This document shows, in pieces, positions 16,743 through 24,000 of a DNA stretch of 24,000 nucleotides. Position numbers and translations under genes: made by a program. The stretch covers positions 39,864-63,863 of the forward strand of contig JAYUVG010000167.1 in assembly GCA_043754255.1 (NCBI GenBank), written 5' to 3'. The DNA is from Polaromonas sp. Its GTDB lineage: Bacteria > Pseudomonadota > Gammaproteobacteria > Burkholderiales > Burkholderiaceae_C. The notes under the pieces are model-generated. The model ran no database searches. It saw only the letters and a program-made list of their open reading frames with translations, and was not told where the DNA came from. Each line of letters opens with the position of its first letter. Position 1 is the stretch's first letter.

Positions 16743-17942
16743 TCAGGATGCAGCAAAGTTGGCCTCAACCGTCTCACGGTGAAACAGTTCAAGGTAAGGC
16801 TGGTAGCGGTACAGGCGGTTGCGGTCAAAGCCGGTGACTTCTTGCAGCCAGCCGCGCGCCTCCAGGTCTTTGGCCAACTTGACGGCGGTGGGGTGGGTGC
16901 AGCCGACGATTTCAGCAATCTGTTTGGGCGACACCAGCGGCTGCTTGAACAGGCTGTCGAGCAACTTCAATGCTTTGGGGCTTTTGATCAGCGCGGCCCG
17001 GTGTGCTTCGCGCATGGCGACGATGTCAGTTGCCGTGCGGGTTGCAGCCCGCGCCGTTTGACTGATGCCACGCAAGAAAAACTTCAGCCACGGCTCCCAC
17101 TGGCCATGCTCGCGGATGGCGGTCAAGCGGTCATAGTATTCAGCGCGGTGAGCTTTTAAAAACACAGACAGGTACAAAACAGGGCGCGACAAGGCTTGCT
17201 CTTCACACAGCATCAAGGTGATGAGCAACCTGCCCACGCGGCCATTGCCATCCAGAAATGGGTGAATGGTTTCAAACTGCGCATGCGCCAAGCCGCAACG
17301 TATCAGCAGCGGTGTGTCGGCTTTGCCGTTGTGCATGAACAGCTCAAGCGCGCCCAGGCTTGCCAACAGCTCATGCGGCGGTGGCGGAATGAAGCTGGCA
17401 GTTGACAAGCTGCTGCCAGTACCGCCTATCCAGTTTTGTGAGGTGCGGAATTCGCCTGGCGATCCAATGTGTGCTTTGTCGGACCCGCGCACGTTTTGCA
17501 TCAACTCGCCATGAATTTCTTGCAGCATTCGCAGGCTGAGTGGCAACTCATTGAGCCGACGCAAGCCGTGGTTCATGGCGCGGACGTAATTGATGACCTC
17601 TTCAACATCCTTTGGGCTGTCGTTGTGTGTGCCTTGTGCTTCAAATGCCAGGATGTCTTCCAGCGTGCTTTGCGTGCCCTCAATTTGCGAGGACAGCACG
17701 GCTTCGTGGCGCACATACATGCCTATAAACAAGTCGGGGTTGGGCAGCAAGGTGGCAATCGCATCCAGCCTGGCCAGGTCGCGGTCTGCTTGCGACAGCA
17801 GGGTTCTCAGCTCTCCCTCGAAATCAATGTCTGGGTCGGGCGGCAACGGCGCTGGAATGAATGCGCGGTAACCGGTTAACTGCTGAACATAACGGCCAGC
17901 ACGGTGGGGATGAAGTGCTCTGTCAGGTGGTAAAACTTTCAT
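16743..17942 (-). CDS. Fic/DOC-domain protein (probable AMP-transferase) with N-terminal inhibitory motif and C-terminal winged-HTH-like region
   Basis: Fic motif HPFLDGNGRVGR, inhibitory-helix-like SSQIEGTQSTLEDIL, and a C-terminal SPKQIAEIVGCTHPTAVKLAKDLEARGWL HTH-like segment. Confidence 0.93.
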   Translation of the reverse strand: MKVLPPDRALHPHRAGRYVQQLTGYRAFIPAPLPPDPDIDFEGELRTLLSQADRDLARLDAIATLLPNPDLFIGMYVRHEAVLSSQIEGTQSTLEDILAFEAQGTHNDSPKDVEEVINYVRAMNHGLRRLNELPLSLRMLQEIHGELMQNVRGSDKAHIGSPGEFRTSQNWIGGTGSSLSTASFIPPPPHELLASLGALELFMHNGKADTPLLIRCGLAHAQFETIHPFLDGNGRVGRLLITLMLCEEQALSRPVLYLSVFLKAHRAEYYDRLTAIREHGQWEPWLKFFLRGISQTARAATRTATDIVAMREAHRAALIKSPKALKLLDSLFKQPLVSPKQIAEIVGCTHPTAVKLAKDLEARGWLQEVTGFDRNRLYRYQPYLELFHRETVEANFAAS

Positions 17943-18230
17943 AAGAACCGTTGATGGTATTCATATGAAAATAAAAGTCAAATAATTTTTATATGAGATA
18001 CGCGAAAAATTTATATGCAAATTTGCAGAATGTCCACCGTTTTAAACTTTACAGATGCCTGCCGGGATCAGTCCGGATTGATTTTGGCGCGCACTACAAC
18101 CACTTTCTAGCGCGCCTGCTCTGCCGCAATAAAGGCAGCCTACTGGGCCGGCGTGTCACCTACGGCTGCGCCATGTCACCACGCAAACGCTCGGTGGCAG
18201 TCAAATTTTTCATGGCCTTTGGCAGGCATC

Positions 18231-18294
18231 TGCTACTTTTTCAATAGCTGTTTGCGCCGTGTTTACGGGCGCATTCAGGCCATATTATTGGGTC
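18231..18294 (+). repeat. Dispersed repeat family A copy (diverged)
   Basis: tgctactttttcaatagctgtttgcgccgtgtttacgggcgcattcaggccatattattgg. Confidence 0.6.
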
Positions 18295-18432
18295 ATTCGT
18301 GAGTTGGCTAAGACAATAAACTCGGCAAGGTTTTTGGCAGGCACTTCGGCAGTGACCACGTATTGGCTTGGCCCTGTTCGAAATTCAGTTTGGATGACTG
18401 TGCAACGAGGCTTTTAATGATGTGCGCTAAAA

Positions 18433-18457
18433 TGTACAAAACAACCTGATTTGTACA
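18433..18457. promoter_or_regulatory. Inverted repeat at start of TA operon, candidate antitoxin operator
   Basis: Perfect TGTACAAA (18433-18440) / TTTGTACA (18450-18457) with 9-bp spacer, 2 nt before the ATG at 18460, with TAAAAT (-10-like) at 18428-18433. Confidence 0.6.
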
Positions 18458-18459
18458 AA

Positions 18460-18729
18460 ATGCACCCTTCTTCTGTTCACTCTCCCATCACCATCGCATT
18501 GAGCGAGTTCCGCGCCAACACATCGGCCATGATTGACCGGGTCGAAAAGGGCGAGACCGTGCGCATTTTGCGGCATGGCAAGCCGGTGGCCGAGCTGGTG
18601 CCCATGCAGCCACAAGCAGAGCAAAAAGTGCCGCGCTGGAAGGTGCCGATTGAGCCCTTGCACATCGTCAGGCCAGATGGCAAAACAGGTGCGCAGTTGA
18701 TCATTGAAGAGCGCGAGTTGGGCTGGTAA
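18460..18729 (+). CDS. Phd/YefM-family antitoxin
   Basis: ITIALSEFRANTSAMIDRVEKGETVRILRHGKPVAELVP is typical of the Phd/YefM fold; overlaps the downstream PIN gene at TAATG. Confidence 0.85.
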   Translation: MHPSSVHSPITIALSEFRANTSAMIDRVEKGETVRILRHGKPVAELVPMQPQAEQKVPRWKVPIEPLHIVRPDGKTGAQLIIEERELGW

Positions 18730-19148
18730 TGCGGGTACTGATGGATACCTCAGCACTTTACAAGCGCTATAACCGCGAGGCGGGGCGAGACCAGTTGTTG
18801 GCTGTCAGCGAGCGTGCCAGCGAATTAGTGATTGCGGGACATTGCAAAGCAGAAATTGCATCGGCGCTGAATCGCCAGCGTCACGATGGTCTTGCTACTG
18901 AAGAGGACTATTCAAGAATCATGGCCGTGGTCACTACAGACTTTGATGGTTTTGTTCTGATTGCGCTTGATGCGAGGGTTGAGGCCTATGCCATAGCCGC
19001 CATGGAAGTCAGTCGGCTCAGAGCGATGGACGCGCTTCATATCGGCACTGCCAAAGCAGCTTATGTTGATTTATTTGTGACAGCTGACAAACGTCAAGCG
19101 GCGGCGGCTCGGGCAGTTGGTTTGAAAACCGAACTCATAGAGGCTTGA
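18729..19148 (+). CDS. PIN-domain toxin (VapC-like)
   Basis: MRVLMDTSALYKRYNREAG, central KAEIASALNR, and C-terminal MDALHIGTAKAAYVDLFVTADKRQAAAARAVGL with conserved acidic residues. Confidence 0.9.
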   Translation: MRVLMDTSALYKRYNREAGRDQLLAVSERASELVIAGHCKAEIASALNRQRHDGLATEEDYSRIMAVVTTDFDGFVLIALDARVEAYAIAAMEVSRLRAMDALHIGTAKAAYVDLFVTADKRQAAAARAVGLKTELIEA

Positions 19149-21116
19149 ATGTTTTACCCTACTGAATTTGATGTAATTGTTGTTGGCGGTGGCCATGCGG
19201 GCACAGAGGCCGCGCTGGCCAGCGCGCGCATGGGTTGCAAAACTTTGCTGCTGACACACAACATTGAAACCCTAGGCCAGATGAGCTGCAACCCGTCGAT
19301 TGGCGGCATTGGCAAGGGGCATCTGGTCAAGGAAGTTGACGCCATGGGCGGCGCGATGGCGCTGGCTACGGATGAGGCGGGTATTCAATTTCGTATTTTG
19401 AACAGCTCCAAGGGCCCGGCAGTGCGCGCTACCCGGGCACAGGCTGACCGTATTTTGTACAAGGCCGCGATTCGGCGGATGCTGGAAAACCAGCCAAATC
19501 TGTGGTTGTTTCAGCAGGCAGTGGATGACTTGATGGTTGAATCGGATGGTGTGGGTGACAGGGTAGTTGGTGCAGTCACGCAGGTGGGCATCAAGTTTAA
19601 AAGCCGCACAGTGGTGCTGACAGCCGGGACTTTCTTGGACGGCAAAATTCACGTCGGGCTGCAAAACTATGCAGCGGGCAGGGCAGGCGACCCGCCCGCG
19701 GTGTCGTTAAGTGCAAGGCTGAAAGAGCTGCAACTGCCGCAAGGCCGCCTGAAAACTGGCACACCGCCGCGCATCGACGGCCGCACGATTGACTTCAGCA
19801 AGTGCATTGCACAGCCTGGCGATGGCATGCCAGGTGGTGTGGCAGGCGATGTACCCGTGTTCAGTTTTATGGGCAGTGCAATTGCCCACCCTTGCCAAGT
19901 GCCGTGCTACATCACCCACACCAACGCGCGCACGCACGACATCATTCGCAGCGGCTTTGACCGCAGCCCCATGTTTACCGGCAAGATTGATGGTGTAGGC
20001 CCGCGCTATTGTCCGAGTGTGGAAGACAAGATCAACCGCTTTGCGGACAAGGATGCGCACCAGATTTTTCTGGAGCCCGAGGGGTTAACCACCCACGAGA
20101 TTTACCCCAACGGCATCTCGACCAGCCTGCCGTTTGACATTCAGTATGACCTGGTGCGTTCAATGGTCGGGATGGAAAACGCCCACATTTTGCGGCCAGG
20201 CTATGCGATTGAATACGACTACTTTGACCCGCGCGCGTTAAAAACCAGCTTTGAAACCCGGGCTATAAACGGCCTCTTTTTTGCCGGGCAGATCAATGGC
20301 ACCACTGGTTATGAAGAGGCGGCGGCGCAAGGCATGTTTGCGGGCATCAATGCCGCACTGCAATGCCAAGGCAAAGAGGTTTGGCTGCCCAAGCGCGATG
20401 AAGCGTACCTGGGCGTGCTGGTTGATGACCTGATTACCAAAGGCGTGACCGAGCCGTACCGCATGTTTACCAGCCGGGCAGAGTACCGGCTAATGCTGCG
20501 TGAAGACAATGCCGACATGCGCTTGAGTGAAAAGGGCAGGGAGCTGGGCCTGGTGGATGATGCGCGATGGAACGCTTTCAACCGCAAACGCGATGCTGTT
20601 TCACGTGAAACACAGCGGTTGCGTGGCATTTGGGTGAATCCAAACAATTTACCACCGGCTGAGGCTGAGCGCGTGCTGGGCAAAGCGATTGAACGGGAAT
20701 ACAACCTGGCTGATTTGCTGCGCAGGCCGGATGTGAACTACGCCGGGCTGATGAGCATGGACGGCGGAAAATATCAGGCACATGAAGCTACGCAATTCAT
20801 GGACAAAAGCGTGATTGAGCAGATTGAAATCACAGCCAAATACGCTGGCTACATCGACCTGCAAAAAGTTGAGGTGGAGCGTGCGGCGCATTACGAAAAT
20901 CTGAAACTGCCGCCTGAACTGGACTACTTGCAGGTTCAGGCGTTGAGCTTTGAGGCCCGCCAAACACTGGCCAAGCATCGCCCTGAAACATTGGGTTTGG
21001 CGTCACGCATCTCAGGTATTACGCCTGCCACGGTATCGCTGCTGCTGGTGCATTTGAAGAAGAATTTGTGGAAGAACACAACGCCGCTTCAGGTAGCAGA
21101 AAAAATTGACGCATGA
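19149..21116 (+). CDS. mnmG: tRNA uridine-5-carboxymethylaminomethyl modification enzyme MnmG (GidA)
   Basis: [62 protein letters not shown]; full-length 655 aa. Confidence 0.97.
   Translation: MFYPTEFDVIVVGGGHAGTEAALASARMGCKTLLLTHNIETLGQMSCNPSIGGIGKGHLVKEVDAMGGAMALATDEAGIQFRILNSSKGPAVRATRAQADRILYKAAIRRMLENQPNLWLFQQAVDDLMVESDGVGDRVVGAVTQVGIKFKSRTVVLTAGTFLDGKIHVGLQNYAAGRAGDPPAVSLSARLKELQLPQGRLKTGTPPRIDGRTIDFSKCIAQPGDGMPGGVAGDVPVFSFMGSAIAHPCQVPCYITHTNARTHDIIRSGFDRSPMFTGKIDGVGPRYCPSVEDKINRFADKDAHQIFLEPEGLTTHEIYPNGISTSLPFDIQYDLVRSMVGMENAHILRPGYAIEYDYFDPRALKTSFETRAINGLFFAGQINGTTGYEEAAAQGMFAGINAALQCQGKEVWLPKRDEAYLGVLVDDLITKGVTEPYRMFTSRAEYRLMLREDNADMRLSEKGRELGLVDDARWNAFNRKRDAVSRETQRLRGIWVNPNNLPPAEAERVLGKAIEREYNLADLLRRPDVNYAGLMSMDGGKYQAHEATQFMDKSVIEQIEITAKYAGYIDLQKVEVERAAHYENLKLPPELDYLQVQALSFEARQTLAKHRPETLGLASRISGITPATVSLLLVHLKKNLWKNTTPLQVAEKIDA
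20597..20612. promoter_or_regulatory. Candidate parS centromere-like site (within mnmG)
   Basis: TGTTTCACGTGAAACA, an exact match to the canonical parS consensus TGTTNCACGTGAAACA and a perfect 16-bp palindrome. Confidence 0.85.
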
Positions 21117-21745
21117 GCGGTGAAGAGGAAACCCTTCAAGCCGGGCTTGCACAACTTCAACTTGAGATGAGCGGCAAGCAGATTGATCAACTGTTGGACT
21201 ACCTCAAGCTGATTGCCAAATGGACCAAAGTCTATAACCTGACTGCTGTGCGTGAGCCAACAGAGATGATGACGCACCATTTGCTGGATAGTCTGGCGGT
21301 AATTGCACCGCTACAAAAACATTTGAAGCAGGGCAGTTTGCTGGATGTGGGCTCAGGCGCAGGCCTTCCCGGCGTGGTGATTGCAATTTGCTGCCCAGAC
21401 ATTGCCGTGACTTGTGTCGATACTGTCGCCAAAAAGGCGACTTTCATCAAGCAAGTCGCCCTGGAGCTCAAGCTGCCAAATCTCCACGGGCTGCATGCGC
21501 GGGTTGAACACATTGCAGCGCAGTTCAACGTGGTTTGCTCACGTGCGTTTGCTTCGCTCAATGACTTCACCCAATGGTCTACCAAAGCGGTTGGCCCTGA
21601 TGGTGTGTGGTTGGCCATGAAGGGCAAGCACCCGGCAGATGAGCTGGCTGCGTTGCCTCCAGGCATTAATGTGTTTCACGTGGAACAACTGCACGTGCCG
21701 GGGCTGCATGCAGAGCGGTGCTTGGTGTGGATGCGGCGCGCTTAG
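21113..21745 (+). CDS. rsmG: 16S rRNA (guanine527-N7)-methyltransferase RsmG (GidB)
   Basis: [29 protein letters not shown] and [17 protein letters not shown]; overlaps the mnmG stop (ATGA). Confidence 0.96.
   Translation: MSGEEETLQAGLAQLQLEMSGKQIDQLLDYLKLIAKWTKVYNLTAVREPTEMMTHHLLDSLAVIAPLQKHLKQGSLLDVGSGAGLPGVVIAICCPDIAVTCVDTVAKKATFIKQVALELKLPNLHGLHARVEHIAAQFNVVCSRAFASLNDFTQWSTKAVGPDGVWLAMKGKHPADELAALPPGINVFHVEQLHVPGLHAERCLVWMRRA
21672..21687. promoter_or_regulatory. Second candidate parS site (within rsmG)
   Basis: TGTTTCACGTGGAACA; reverse complement TGTTCCACGTGAAACA matches the consensus TGTTNCACGTGAAACA exactly with N=C. Confidence 0.75.
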
Positions 21746-21757
21746 GGCGGGGATTTC

Positions 21758-21857
21758 AACGCGGAGAAGAGGAGAGCGCGGAGGACGCGGAGAATTTGGA
21801 ATCTAGAAAACCATTATTTACCTCCGCGTCCTCCGCGCAACTCCTCCCCTCCGCGTT
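21758..21857. repeat. 100-bp near-perfect palindromic element between rsmG and the LysE-family gene
   Basis: Outer arms AACGCGGAGAAGAGGAG/CTCCTCCCCTCCGCGTT (2 mismatches); inner perfect 17-bp arms GCGCGGAGGACGCGGAG (21776-21792) / CTCCGCGTCCTCCGCGC (21822-21838). Confidence 0.85.
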
Positions 21858-21925
21858 AAACGCATTCCGTTCCCGCCCCCGCACCCGTGTCGTAAACTCA
21901 CAACCTCACCCACAGAAACAAACCC

Positions 21926-22552
21926 ATGCCCGGCTCATTTTTTGGCATTGCAGACTACCCCTCCTTCGTCCTTGCCATCATCGTTTTCCTGCTGATTCCT
22001 GGCCCGGGCAATCTCGCTTTGATTACCTCCACCAGCAAAGGCGGTGTTGCAGGTGGCCTTGGCGCAACTTTTGGCGTGATTGCAGGCGACCAGGTTTTGC
22101 TATGGGCAGCAGTTGCTGGCGTGTCGGCGGTCATGACTGCCTACCCGACAGCTTTTCACATCGTGCAGTGGGCGGGGGCTGTTTATCTGGCCTGGCTGGG
22201 CATCAAAATGCTGATGGTCAAACCCGGTGATGCGCCGATTTTGCAAATCAAGCCGCGCCATTATTTTCGCCAGGCTTTGGTCATCACGCTGTTGAACCCC
22301 AAAGCCATTGTGTTTTACATGGCCTTCTTCCCACTGTTTGTTGACCCAAAAACACACCTTGGCATGACAACCTTTGGCGTAATGGCCGCCACAATTGCAA
22401 CGCTGACTTTTTTGTACGGTCTGACTTCGGTGTTGCTCACTACGTTTTTTGCTGAGCGTATCCGTGCCAATCCCAAGGTATCCAGCTTTTTGAACAAAGC
22501 TGCTGGTGTTTTTCTGATTGGCTTTGGCTTGAAGCTGGCCATCTCCAAATAA
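21926..22552 (+). CDS. LysE/RhtB-family exporter
   Basis: VFLLIPGPGNLALITSTSKGGVAGGLGATFGVIAGD and VITLLNPKAIVFYMAFFPLFVD. Confidence 0.9.
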   Translation: MPGSFFGIADYPSFVLAIIVFLLIPGPGNLALITSTSKGGVAGGLGATFGVIAGDQVLLWAAVAGVSAVMTAYPTAFHIVQWAGAVYLAWLGIKMLMVKPGDAPILQIKPRHYFRQALVITLLNPKAIVFYMAFFPLFVDPKTHLGMTTFGVMAATIATLTFLYGLTSVLLTTFFAERIRANPKVSSFLNKAAGVFLIGFGLKLAISK

Positions 22553-22582
22553 TCGATTATCAAAAAATATAACAAGAACAAC

Positions 22583-23368
22583 ATGGCCAAAATCTTCTGC
22601 ATTGCCAATCAAAAAGGTGGGGTCGGCAAAACCACTACCACCGTCAATCTGGCGGCTGGCCTGGCCAAAGTAGGCCAGCGCGTGCTGATGGTTGACCTTG
22701 ACCCACAAGGAAACGCCACCATGGGTTCAGGTGTGGACAAACGCAAACTCGAATACACGGTGTACGACGTACTGCTGGAGTCCGCGTCGATCAAGGAGGC
22801 CAAAGTCATCAGCCAAAAGCTGATCGACAGCGGTTGCAGTTATGACATTTTGGGTGCGAATCGCGAGTTGGCGGGTGCCGAGGTAGAGCTGGTGGATGTA
22901 GAGCGGCGTGAAAAGCGCCTCAAACTGGCGTTGGCTGAAGTCGCTGACGATTACGACTTCGTCCTGATTGACTGCCCGCCGTCCCTGAGCATGCTCACGC
23001 TCAACGGCCTGTGCAGCGCCCATGGCGTGATTGTGCCGATGCAGTGTGAGTACTTTGCGCTGGAAGGCCTGACAGATCTGGTCAACACCATCAAGCAGGT
23101 GCATGCCAATTTGAACAAGGATCTCGCAATTATTGGTTTGCTGCGCGTGATGTTCGACCCGCGCATTACCTTGCAGCAGCAGGTCAGCGAGCAGCTGAAA
23201 GATCATTTTGGCGACAAGGTTTTCAACACCGTCATCCCCCGCAATGTGCGCCTGGCCGAAGCGCCCAGCTACGGCTTGCCCGGTGTGGTGTTTGACCCTG
23301 CGTCCAAAGGTGCGCAGGCTTTTGTCGCGTTTGCCGAAGAAATGGTGACACGGATTAAAACGCTTTAA
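22583..23368 (+). CDS. parA: Chromosome-partitioning ATPase ParA/Soj
   Basis: Deviant Walker A KGGVGKTTTTVNLAAGLA, YDFVLIDCPPSLSMLTLNGL, FNTVIPRNVRLAEAPSYGLP. Confidence 0.95.
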   Translation: MAKIFCIANQKGGVGKTTTTVNLAAGLAKVGQRVLMVDLDPQGNATMGSGVDKRKLEYTVYDVLLESASIKEAKVISQKLIDSGCSYDILGANRELAGAEVELVDVERREKRLKLALAEVADDYDFVLIDCPPSLSMLTLNGLCSAHGVIVPMQCEYFALEGLTDLVNTIKQVHANLNKDLAIIGLLRVMFDPRITLQQQVSEQLKDHFGDKVFNTVIPRNVRLAEAPSYGLPGVVFDPASKGAQAFVAFAEEMVTRIKTL

Positions 23369-23397
23369 AAGACGGCTAAAAACCCGTGAAAAGTCCT

Positions 23398-23464
23398 GTT
23401 TTATGCATCAAATATGCCTCTAGCCCCCGTAAAATGCGCGCAGACAGCTATTGATAGTATAGCA
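23398..23464 (-). repeat. Dispersed repeat family A copy
   Basis: Reverse complement tgctatactatcaatagctgtctgcgcgcattttacgggggctagaggcatatttgatgcataaaac. Confidence 0.75.
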
Positions 23465-23477
23465 ATGTGATGTGCCC

Positions 23478-24000
23478 ATGACTTCAACCAACGTCCTGAT
23501 CCTGCCTGGCTGGCAGGGTAGCGGCTCGGGCCACTGGCAAAGTCTGTGGGAACGCAAGTACGGTTACCAGCGGGTGGAGCAGCACAACTGGCAGCGCCCG
23601 CTGCGCGGCGACTGGATTGCGCGGCTTGAAGATGTGCTGCTGGATTGCACCGGGCCCGCGGTGCTGGTGGCGCACAGCTTGGGTTGCCTGACAGTTGCAG
23701 CTTGGGCAGCGCATTCGCAAAACACCCATCTTGTCAAAGGCGCGTTGCTGGTCGCACCGCCTGATACCCGGCGCGACGATATCAGCCAGATGTTGCCCGG
23801 CTGGGTTGTTCCGCTACAAAAACTGCCGTTTCAAAGCGTGGTGTACGCGTCCAGCAACGACCCATTTTGCGGCTTTGACCAGGCCCGGCAATTTGCATCT
23901 GGCTGGGGTGCAAAGCTGATCAACGCCGGCATGTGTGGCCATATCAATGCTGACAGCGGCCTGGCTGATTGGCCTGAGGCGCATGCAGAACTATTGCAAC
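23478..24000 (+). CDS. RBBP9/YdeN-like serine hydrolase (alpha/beta), partial at right edge
   Basis: ATG at 23478: MTSTNVLILPGWQGSGSGHWQSLWERKYGYQRVEQHNWQRPLRGDWIARLEDVL...VLVAHSLGCLT...NAGMCGHINADSGLADWP. Open to the edge, hence not in the ORF track. Confidence 0.85.
   Translation, partial: MTSTNVLILPGWQGSGSGHWQSLWERKYGYQRVEQHNWQRPLRGDWIARLEDVLLDCTGPAVLVAHSLGCLTVAAWAAHSQNTHLVKGALLVAPPDTRRDDISQMLPGWVVPLQKLPFQSVVYASSNDPFCGFDQARQFASGWGAKLINAGMCGHINADSGLADWPEAHAELLQ

Noticed and set aside
16587-17159. 190-aa plus-strand ORF spanning the mod/Fic junction
   Set aside because: Overlaps both well-supported genes on the opposite strand and begins in the repeat element.
17993-18247. 85-aa plus ORF MRYAKNLYANLQNVHRFK... 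between Fic and the TA pair
   Set aside because: No recognisable family; it terminates in a dispersed repeat copy. Could be a relic, but not supportable as a gene.
21718-22230. 170-aa plus ORF between rsmG and the LysE-family gene
   Set aside because: Runs through the palindromic element and out of frame over the exporter.
22727-23206. 159-aa minus ORF within parA
   Set aside because: Antisense shadow of a strongly conserved gene.

Overview
Proteobacterial chromosomal DNA. Protein similarity, gene order and repeat families suggest Burkholderiales/Comamonadaceae (inference). Left to right it holds: a truncated histidine-kinase/receiver-like gene; a thioredoxin-fold protein; a CaiB/BaiF CoA-transferase; cyanase (cynS); a small lipoprotein; an MFS transporter; a soluble PTS module (EIIA-Man-like, HPr, EI); a decayed HipA/YjjJ-like gene; lipA-lipB. 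Next comes a minus-strand accessory cassette of Fic, a beta-class (type III-like) DNA methyltransferase, a free-standing PBECR-like putative nuclease and a type III Res-like helicase/PD-ExK nuclease, followed on the right by a Phd/VapC-type toxin-antitoxin pair abutting mnmG-rsmG, then a LysE-family exporter, parA and the start of an RBBP9/YdeN-like hydrolase. Main observations: (1) the Fic-Mod-PBECR-Res run, translationally coupled to lipB-lipA; (2) two exact matches to the canonical 16-bp parS consensus, one inside mnmG and one inside rsmG, close to parA; (3) at least four unrelated short palindromic/dispersed repeats that appear inserted in frame within coding genes (MFS, lipB, res, mod); (4) a TA module fused directly upstream of mnmG, with a perfect operator-like inverted repeat; (5) a perfect 27-bp palindrome upstream of the decayed HipA-like gene. 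Family assignments come from recognised motifs and recalled similarity. No database search was run.
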